A DNA stretch of 64,000 nucleotides, from positions 147,889 to 211,888 of the forward strand of contig JAZSON010000012.1 in NCBI GenBank assembly GCA_045536965.1. The letters run 5' to 3'. The notes under the pieces were generated by a model. That model was not told the DNA's origin. It made no database searches and was given only the letters and a program-made list of their open reading frames with translations. Shown one piece after another: positions 8,910 through 15,574 of this stretch. The stretch is from Eubacteriales bacterium (GTDB lineage Bacteria; Bacillota; Clostridia; Oscillospirales; SIG627). The translations under genes were made by a program, and so were the position numbers. Each line of letters starts with the position of its first letter. Position 1 is the stretch's first letter.

Positions 8910-10649
8910 TTATTTTCTTTTGGCTAATGCAACAAGTATGGCTGTAATGCCGACTCCGACAACTCCGATGACCGCCCAAAGATAAAACGGCGGTCCTTCT
9001 TTTTGGGGTGCTTTATCGGAAGATCCGTTCGCATCCCCGTCACCATCCTCTGGATTTTGTTCGACCCCGTCATCCGAAGGATCGTTTCCGTTGTCGTCTT
9101 CATCGCCTTGCGATGAATCCTCATCACCCGAATCATCCAATGTAGGCTCTTTATGATCCCCGCTTGGCTTGTCGGTATCGCCGCCAAGGGTTTCATCGGC
9201 TGCGCTTTCGTGATCGGTGCTTTCATGATCGATATTTTCATCGCCCGCGCTTTCGTTGCCCGCATTTCCGTTTTCGGCGCTTCCGTTGCCAATGTTTTCA
9301 TCGTCGGCGGTTCCACCGTTGCCGCCGGTTTCATTCCCGCCGGTTCCGACATTTTCATTTCCGCCGCCCGATTGCTGGGGCGCTTGGGTCACCGTTACTT
9401 CAAACTGAGTCGAATACCCTTGATAACGAACCGTAACCTCACGGGTACCGAGAATGGAAAAATCAAAAGTGTCGGCGGAAAATCCGCTCGTTACATCAGG
9501 TCCCGTACCGTTTGCCATCTGCAGTTTCAACACAAGACCTTTCAGATCAACGGCTGTATCTGCGGTGGTATAGGTCAATTTCTGCGGCAGCGTTTTCACC
9601 GTGATACCGACGTAGGGCGAATAAGCGGTCTGATGCATGGTCGGATAGGTAAAAATTTTGCTCTCCGTACCCGAAAAATCACCGATTGCGATATGACTTT
9701 CGGAAAATTTCTTTTGATAAAATCCGAGCGACGGCAGGGTCGATGAGCCACTTAAAAAGAAGTCGGTGCGAATACCCGATTCCTGGTCGTCCCAGGTCGC
9801 GTCCAAACCGTACCATCTGCCATCCTCCATCTGCACCAAATTCCACATATGCCGTTCAGCCGAGGAGGAAGAGGTCACACCGTATCCCGTAACAAGAATA
9901 CACGGGATATCGGCCGCATCACACAAAAGTTTGATGGCTTTGGCGTAGCCCTCGCACACCGATTTGTGAGCCGACTCAAATACGCTGATAGCATCGTGAG
10001 CCTTGGCATCCGAAAAATTGCGGTCATAAGAGGTACTTTGGCAAACAAACGTATGAATGGAGCTTAGTTTTTCATACCGCGTGTTACCGCTCGCCTGAAA
10101 ATCCGATACCGCTTGCTTGAGTTTATTGATATGCGTTCCCGTGTTTCCCTGATAAACGGTTTTAATGGCAACCTTCATCTTAACCGCGGTGGTTTTCATG
10201 ACATACTGATTGTCGGGCGTTTTTTCCTCCCGCGCACTGATGCCGAAACTGCAAGACGGATCAGATGCGGATTCGCTGCTTAGATCCAAAAAGAAAATAG
10301 CGGGACAATCAGCAAGCAGAGCATCAAGCGCCGCCTGCAAATGCGGCATGATATCCTGCATCAGCGCATTGACGATGCGGTTCGCCTGCGATTCACTCGG
10401 TCTTGTGCTTTGCGGAAGCGAAACAAGCGGTGTTTTCAACGGTATTTGAATTTCGGCAGGTATATCGGTCTTATTGTAAAGGGCGGTTTTCAGCACGTTA
10501 TATACGTTTTTTTCTTCACTGTCCAACTGATCATAAAAGAAAGAACTGTCCGCCGATGCGGCTTCTCCCACAAAAGCAGATTGCACCGAAACAAAAGCAA
10601 AAATCAGACAAAAAACAAGAACAGGCACAATCTTTTTCAAACCAAACAC
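8910..10649 (-). CDS. Secreted, membrane-anchored transglutaminase-like cysteine peptidase-fold protein
   Basis: N-terminal signal peptide, transglutaminase core (CEGYAKAIKLLCDAADIPC...HMWNLVQ...GLDATWDD) and a beta-rich domain. These are followed by a G/N/E/D-rich acidic linker and a C-terminal TM anchor (FYLWAVIGVVGVGITAILVALAKRK). Confidence 0.8.
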   Translation of the reverse strand: MFGLKKIVPVLVFCLIFAFVSVQSAFVGEAASADSSFFYDQLDSEEKNVYNVLKTALYNKTDIPAEIQIPLKTPLVSLPQSTRPSESQANRIVNALMQDIMPHLQAALDALLADCPAIFFLDLSSESASDPSCSFGISAREEKTPDNQYVMKTTAVKMKVAIKTVYQGNTGTHINKLKQAVSDFQASGNTRYEKLSSIHTFVCQSTSYDRNFSDAKAHDAISVFESAHKSVCEGYAKAIKLLCDAADIPCILVTGYGVTSSSSAERHMWNLVQMEDGRWYGLDATWDDQESGIRTDFFLSGSSTLPSLGFYQKKFSESHIAIGDFSGTESKIFTYPTMHQTAYSPYVGITVKTLPQKLTYTTADTAVDLKGLVLKLQMANGTGPDVTSGFSADTFDFSILGTREVTVRYQGYSTQFEVTVTQAPQQSGGGNENVGTGGNETGGNGGTADDENIGNGSAENGNAGNESAGDENIDHESTDHESAADETLGGDTDKPSGDHKEPTLDDSGDEDSSQGDEDDNGNDPSDDGVEQNPEDGDGDANGSSDKAPQKEGPPFYLWAVIGVVGVGITAILVALAKRK

Positions 10650-10707
10650 TCCTTTAATAAACCATAAAAATTAAAAAACCTACATTTTCGAACAGGGAGG
10701 TAACTGC

Positions 10708-11109
10708 ATGCGTTTTCGAGACAAATTGGCAACATTTTTCTACGGGCGAAACGGGATGGACGGACTGAATCTGTTTCTGTTTGCTATCCTGTTTGTGCTC
10801 ATGATCATCAATGCTTTCAAAACCTTTTGGACGGTATTTATACTGGAAAGCATCGTCCTCATTTACCTGTATTTCCGCTATTTTTCCCGCAATCTTGCGG
10901 CAAGAAGAAAGGAAAATGCGGCTTTTTTACGGGTTTTTCGGAAAATTTCAGGCTTTTTTAGGTTACAAAAGACCAAATTTCGGGACAGAAAGACCCATGT
11001 TTTTCGCCGTTGTCCCCACTGTCACGCCAATCTTCGCCTGCCCAAACAAAAGGGAAAACACACAGTGCGCTGTCCCCGTTGCACCCAAGAATTCAAAACC
11101 AAAGTATGA
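10708..11109 (+). CDS. Small membrane protein with a C-terminal zinc ribbon
   Basis: Two predicted TM helices, then RCPHCHANLRLPKQKGKHTVRCPRCTQEF. RBS gggagg lies upstream. Confidence 0.5.
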   Translation: MRFRDKLATFFYGRNGMDGLNLFLFAILFVLMIINAFKTFWTVFILESIVLIYLYFRYFSRNLAARRKENAAFLRVFRKISGFFRLQKTKFRDRKTHVFRRCPHCHANLRLPKQKGKHTVRCPRCTQEFKTKV

Positions 11110-11112
11110 CGT

Positions 11113-11877
11113 TTAATCTTTATCGTGTGAAAGGATAAAGTCCACAACGGGCGTCGGATCCTCCAAACCGTGCGGATGATGATCGCAGTCGGGCTTGCAG
11201 ATACAAAGGAACGGAATGTCGGTGTTTTCAAAAGCGCGAATGAGCAGGTCGCAGTTTTCCTCGTGATACACGACCGTATCCACCCCACCGTACACAAGCG
11301 CGGTGGGGATCTTTTGCTTTATCAGCGTTTGTAAATGATCCAAAGGATGATCGCGGTAGGAAAGCATATCGGCAATGGTCGCTCCAAAAACACCCAAGAT
11401 CTCACCTCGGAACACGCGCAGATGCACAGAGCCCTCCTCGCCGCCTCTGCCCAGTCCGAGCATACTCAAAAGCTCGACAACGGGTGCATCCAGATAAAGG
11501 ACGGAAACCGTTTCGGGATAAAGCGCTGCAAATTTGATTGCGAAAAGACCGCCGCAGCTCATGCCGATAGGAACACATTTTCGCGCCAGACCGAACTGCG
11601 TATGCAAATAGTCAGCAAAGCGCTTTTTGCGCTCCAAATCCTCTCTTTGTCCCCAGCGGTTATCATTCTTTATATAGGCAAAATGATACCCTCTGTCAAG
11701 CAGCATAAAGGCAGTGGCGTTAAAAGCTTCGAAATATTCGGTCTTCAGCGCCCAACGGTTCGTTTTCACCTCGTCCTTGGGAAAAACAAGACATGCCTCA
11801 TGCTCTTCAAAAACAAAATCCAGCTTGGTATAGCCGTTCCACTCGCTTTTTTGCATCGTTTCTTCCTCCGCCATCAT
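11113..11877 (-). CDS. Alpha/beta hydrolase (esterase-like)
   Basis: Nucleophile elbow GMSCGG, plus Asp/His-containing C-terminal blocks (GGVDTVV, DHHPHG). Confidence 0.6.
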   Translation of the reverse strand: MMAEEETMQKSEWNGYTKLDFVFEEHEACLVFPKDEVKTNRWALKTEYFEAFNATAFMLLDRGYHFAYIKNDNRWGQREDLERKKRFADYLHTQFGLARKCVPIGMSCGGLFAIKFAALYPETVSVLYLDAPVVELLSMLGLGRGGEEGSVHLRVFRGEILGVFGATIADMLSYRDHPLDHLQTLIKQKIPTALVYGGVDTVVYHEENCDLLIRAFENTDIPFLCICKPDCDHHPHGLEDPTPVVDFILSHDKD

Positions 11878-11987
11878 TTTTCACTCCGATTATACCATAA
11901 AATGATCCTCTTTGCAATGCAATGGATAAAAAATCGGGATGCCTCTTTGATGTTAAGCCCTGTTTGTCTTGCCCGAGCGGGTCAACC

Positions 11988-12160
11988 TGTGTTTTATGTA
12001 AATTGCATAAATACGGGTAGGAATTTTGTGGAAGGATACGAAATTATTTTTACCCCCTTGTTTCCGTGTATATGTTATGTTATCATATATTCACAGGGAG
12101 AAAAGGAGTTCTCCCGAAACAAAACAACAGAATATTAAAAAGGAGGCAAAATCATGAAGA
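11988..12160 (+). repeat. Cassette leader, copy 1 (near-identical to 29374..29558)
   Basis: By eye, the ~115 nt from ggaaggatacgaaattat to the ATG differ from copy 2 at only about 4 positions. Includes a candidate promoter, a GGGAG/CTCCC hairpin and an AGGAGG RBS. Confidence 0.85.
12058..12086 (+). promoter_or_regulatory. Candidate sigma-A promoter inside leader copy 1
   Basis: TTGTTT, 17 nt, then TGtTATCAT (extended -10). The same element is present in copy 2. Confidence 0.4.
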
Positions 12161-12219
12161 GTTTACGCAATCTCAACACAGCGCCCCCCGATGTTCTTCC
12201 TGAGGAAAGGAGAATTTGA
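12154..12219 (+). pseudogene. 21-codon stump homologous to the N-terminus of the 1193-aa secreted protein
   Basis: MKSLRNLNTAPPDVLPEERRI* sits at the same position in the leader as MKNARKLTTQSSGQ... of ORF 29552. The K..R.L.T pattern is shared and the stop lies 1 nt before the next gene's ATG. Confidence 0.45.
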
Positions 12220-12220
12220 T

Positions 12221-13363
12221 ATGTTTGATAAACCACGATTGATATCCAAAAGAAAAATCGTCAAACGATGCCTTTTGGGGTTGATTGCCGTGTATTTAAT
12301 CTTTACTATGATTTTGGGCATACCTTTTGTTTATACGTTTAATAACGAAAAGTTTATTTTCTCGGGTTGGGTAGAAGCTCCCGGCACTCTTCCTCTCTTT
12401 CTTTCCCCAAACGGAAAGCTGGATGAGCCGGAGCGCTTTTTCTCCATTATCGCTCCGGTTTACTCCGAAGTCGATTTGACCGAGGACGGTTCGACAGAAA
12501 GTGATGGTTTGCACCATATCCTCGCCTGGAAGCAAACGTTATTGGGGCAGAATTTTACCCGTTCGCTGGGATACGATATTACTATCCATAACGGTACTGT
12601 CGGTTTTGGCGAATTTTATGCGCACAGCGTAACGCTGATTCCCGGCTACTATCCCGAGGGTAATTCCGGTCGTCCCAAACATATTTTTACCGACCACCTT
12701 CTCATCCATCAAAAGAGTTTTTCGGAAAACGAGTCCGACTCTTGGAAAACATCTGTTAATGCGTATATAACAGGTCCAACAAAGCCTCAGGTTTTATTGG
12801 AAAGCGGTGAGATTGTGGATTATGATCAAGCTGATATACCCTTTAGAGGCAAATATGTTCGTTCATATTCCTCTCCCTTTTTCCCTGTTTTGGATTTTGG
12901 CGAAGCATATTGGGGAATTCTTATTTTATTTTTGTTGCCGGTATGCTTTTCGTTGATTGCCGTTCTTATTCCCCTTGAAACACCGAAGTTTTCCCACAAA
13001 AAAATGGTGCGGCGAGGTCTGCTGATCAAAGGATTGGTAGTTTTGCTTACGCTTGTTTTTCTGCCAATGCCAGCAATATTTTACGGATATGCTCCCCCGA
13101 CATACAACACCGACAGCATCTTTGATATTATCCGTTGGCTGACACCGATCATTTCCATCCCGGCGCTTGCGGTTTGGGTGGCATCGTTTAAGAATAAGAA
13201 ATTTGCTCCCGTCGTAGCCGCCGCGATCATGGTTCTGTGCCTGTATCAACCCCTTGCAAACCTCATTTGCCTGTTTGCCACCGTCATTGCATGGGGATAT
13301 TTTGCCCACGGTGTATGCCGATTCTTCGGACGCTTCAGAAAGGCAAAAGCCAAAGCGGTGTGA
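12221..13363 (+). CDS. Polytopic membrane protein, cassette paralog A (uncharacterised family)
   Basis: Start at ATG 12221 (RBS ggaaaggag). Architecture: N-terminal TM, ~190-aa variable segment, RSYSSPFFPVLDFG motif, then 4 TM helices. It ends in WLTPIISIPAL..FKNKKFAPVVAAAIMVLCLYQPLANLICLFATVIAWGYFAHGVCRFFGRFRKAK, shared with B, C and D. Confidence 0.75.
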   Translation: MFDKPRLISKRKIVKRCLLGLIAVYLIFTMILGIPFVYTFNNEKFIFSGWVEAPGTLPLFLSPNGKLDEPERFFSIIAPVYSEVDLTEDGSTESDGLHHILAWKQTLLGQNFTRSLGYDITIHNGTVGFGEFYAHSVTLIPGYYPEGNSGRPKHIFTDHLLIHQKSFSENESDSWKTSVNAYITGPTKPQVLLESGEIVDYDQADIPFRGKYVRSYSSPFFPVLDFGEAYWGILILFLLPVCFSLIAVLIPLETPKFSHKKMVRRGLLIKGLVVLLTLVFLPMPAIFYGYAPPTYNTDSIFDIIRWLTPIISIPALAVWVASFKNKKFAPVVAAAIMVLCLYQPLANLICLFATVIAWGYFAHGVCRFFGRFRKAKAKAV

Positions 13364-13474
13364 GTGATTTGCGTATAAATAACAACGGAATGAAGAAAAG
13401 GAGGATAGACCATGATGAAAAAAGCTTCTAAAATCACCGCCTGGATCTGGCGCGGCGCAGCACTCCTTTTGGCA
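13133..13474 (+). repeat. Junction module: conserved C-terminal TM block, 48-nt spacer with RBS, then conserved N-terminal block
   Basis: Aligns with 34018..34356. Partial copies lie at 14159..14409 and 35041..35262. About 90% nt identity by eye. Confidence 0.8.
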
Positions 13475-14389
13475 TTCTACCTTTTGGTTGCACTTGTTGC
13501 GGGAATTCCGTTTTTTAATACAAATGTTGGACTGCAATTTGAATATGAATATGACCATTTCCCTCCAAAAGTTTTATCTTTTCTTTCCGTGAATCAAGAG
13601 GTTGGATGGAATGTGTATACAGCATCATTGGGGGTTGATTTGGATCTTTTAAGCAGGCCGAAATATATGTGTGCCGCGTCACCAACAATAACCTCAAATG
13701 TTAGCCTCGGTAGTCACACCATACTTCACACCGACAATCTTGTTTTTAAAAAATATGACGATAAATCCATTTTATTAGAAGGCATAGCCCACACTCGGAT
13801 TATAGGGCTGACAAATCCGCGATACATTACATCGGAAGGCGAATTAAAAACCATTGATTCAAAAGAACTCCCATTATTTACCCGTTCCTATTCCAGTCCG
13901 ATGCTCCCCGTCATCGATACGGGCGCTGATATTTGGGGTATGCTCTTGCTTACCGCCCTCCCGATCCTTTTGTCTTTTGTATATAGCCGTTTTTGCCCGC
14001 AATTTACACTTTCGCAACAAAAGAGAGTTTTGTGTTTTGGTTGGCGGATGAAGCTTGTTTTTGCGATATGTTTGATGTCGGTTTTCTCGGCAACGGCTTT
14101 ATTTTATGTGCCGCATGATAATATTCTGTGGGATTATCCATGGATTTTTGCCATTCTCCGTTGGCTGACACCGATCATTTCCATTCCGGCACTGTCGGTT
14201 TGGGCGGCATCCTTTAAGAATAAGAAATTTGCCCCCGTCGTTGCCGCCGCGATCATGGTGCTTTGCCTGTATCAGCCGCTCGCAAACCTCATTTGCCTGT
14301 TTGCCACCGTCATCGCCTGGGGATATTTTGCCCACGGCGTGTGCCGCTTTTTCGGACGCTTCAGAAAGGCAAAATCGGAAGCGGTGTGA
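13412..14389 (+). CDS. Polytopic membrane protein, cassette paralog B
   Basis: N-terminus MMKKASKITAWIWRGAALLLA is shared with C and D. The TM core is nearly identical to D (34294..35265), while the segment between TM1 and RSYSSPMLPVIDTG is strongly diverged. Confidence 0.75.
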   Translation: MMKKASKITAWIWRGAALLLAFYLLVALVAGIPFFNTNVGLQFEYEYDHFPPKVLSFLSVNQEVGWNVYTASLGVDLDLLSRPKYMCAASPTITSNVSLGSHTILHTDNLVFKKYDDKSILLEGIAHTRIIGLTNPRYITSEGELKTIDSKELPLFTRSYSSPMLPVIDTGADIWGMLLLTALPILLSFVYSRFCPQFTLSQQKRVLCFGWRMKLVFAICLMSVFSATALFYVPHDNILWDYPWIFAILRWLTPIISIPALSVWAASFKNKKFAPVVAAAIMVLCLYQPLANLICLFATVIAWGYFAHGVCRFFGRFRKAKSEAV

Positions 14390-14407
14390 GTGCATTGCGT
14401 ATAAAAA

Positions 14408-14440
14408 CAAAAACGACGGGATTCCGTCGTTTTGTTTTTT
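14408..14440 (+). terminator. Rho-independent terminator ending cassette locus 1
   Basis: aaaACGACGGgattCCGTCGTtttgtttttt. Confidence 0.75.
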
Positions 14441-14555
14441 GTAACGCCTCATCCGTCCACTTCGTGTGCCACCTTCTCCCGCCGGAGAAGGCGAATTCGA
14501 AGGCGGGTACATCCATTATGACTTATTTTTACCCGAAGAATTTGCTATACTTTGC

Positions 14556-14575
14556 GGGCGATTCATGAATCGCCC
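14556..14575. repeat. Perfect 20-bp palindrome GGGCGATTCATGAATCGCCC in a hairpin-rich noncoding spacer
   Basis: Read directly. A neighbouring CCTTCTCC/GGAGAAGG hairpin lies at about 14485-14506. Confidence 0.85.
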
Positions 14576-14725
14576 CTACGAATCACGCAGGAATATGCGG
14601 GGTGCGTTGCCTCCATCTGAGAGGGTGCCTTTCCTTCATGCATCCATCTCCTTTTTTCGTTTCCTTTCGGGTCATCGGCAATCGCCTCTTTGCAGCCACG
14701 CGACTATCACGTGGTTTTCTTGATA

Positions 14726-14763
14726 CAAAAAATCGGGATGCCGCTCAACACGGGTATCCCGAT
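14726..14763 (-). terminator. Rho-independent terminator of the tatD-metG-nagA transcription unit
   Basis: The minus strand reads ATCGGGATacccgtgttgagcggcATCCCGATtttttgt immediately after the tatD stop. Confidence 0.65.
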
Positions 14764-14772
14764 CTTATGTTT

Positions 14773-15573
14773 TTATTTACTTGCATGGATGCGCGGAAAG
14801 AGCTCCAGTGTGTTTTGATAGGTCACTTCCGCCAATTTTTCCACCGACTCCCCTTTGATTTCCGAAAGCACCTGCAAGGTCGCGTACATGAGATGGCTTT
14901 CGTTGATCTGTCCGCGGTAGGGTACGGGCGCGAGATAGGGCGCATCGGTCTCAATGAGCAGGCGGTCAAGAGGCACCGCCGCGGCGCTTACCCGCGGATT
15001 CACCGCGTTTTTGAAGGTCAGCGAACCGCCAAAGGCGATATACCAGCCCGCTTTCACAAGCTCTTTGATCATTTCCGCGCTGCCCGAATAGGCGTGAAAC
15101 ACCCCTTTGACAACACCCTTGTATCGACGCACGAACTCCATACAGTCGCCGTGTGCCTCCCGATCGTGCATCACGATGGGCATATTTGTCTCGGCGGCAA
15201 GACGCATCTGCATATCCAGCACCGCTTTTTGTTTTTCGCGGGGAGAAAAATCGTAGTGATAATCCAGACCTGCCTCACCGATGGCGATCACCTTTTCATG
15301 CTTAAGGGCAGAGCAAAGCCACTCGGGACAACCTTCTTCCACATCCTTCGTATCGTGGGGATGGATGCCTGCCGCGGCATAGACAAAGGGATATTTTTCG
15401 GCAAGGGCGATGGATACGAGGGTGGACTGCTCGCAGCAGGCGCAGTTGAGCACGCCGCAAACAGGCAAGGGAGAACGCTCACTCGGAAAGGGGAGGGATG
15501 CAAGGATCTCGTCGCGTATCCCATCGAATCTTTCGTCGTGATAATGGGCGTGGGTATCGAAAAGGGCGGTCAT
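14773..15573 (-). CDS. tatD: TatD family metal-dependent hydrolase (DNase)
   Basis: LFDTHAHYHDERF...AIGEAGLDYHY...MHDREAHGD...ETDAPYL. Confidence 0.85.
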   Translation of the reverse strand: MTALFDTHAHYHDERFDGIRDEILASLPFPSERSPLPVCGVLNCACCEQSTLVSIALAEKYPFVYAAAGIHPHDTKDVEEGCPEWLCSALKHEKVIAIGEAGLDYHYDFSPREKQKAVLDMQMRLAAETNMPIVMHDREAHGDCMEFVRRYKGVVKGVFHAYSGSAEMIKELVKAGWYIAFGGSLTFKNAVNPRVSAAAVPLDRLLIETDAPYLAPVPYRGQINESHLMYATLQVLSEIKGESVEKLAEVTYQNTLELFPRIHASK

Positions 15574-15574
15574 A

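Noticed and set aside
8269-8979. 236-aa minus-strand ORF spanning the end of spmB, rnhA and the terminator.
   Set aside because: It overlaps two well-supported plus-strand genes and runs through a terminator hairpin, so it is spurious.
8990-9400. Short imperfect nucleotide repeats, considered as a possible CRISPR array or tandem repeat.
   Set aside because: There is no repeat-spacer regularity. The region lies in frame inside the transglutaminase-like CDS and encodes a G/N/E/D-rich linker.
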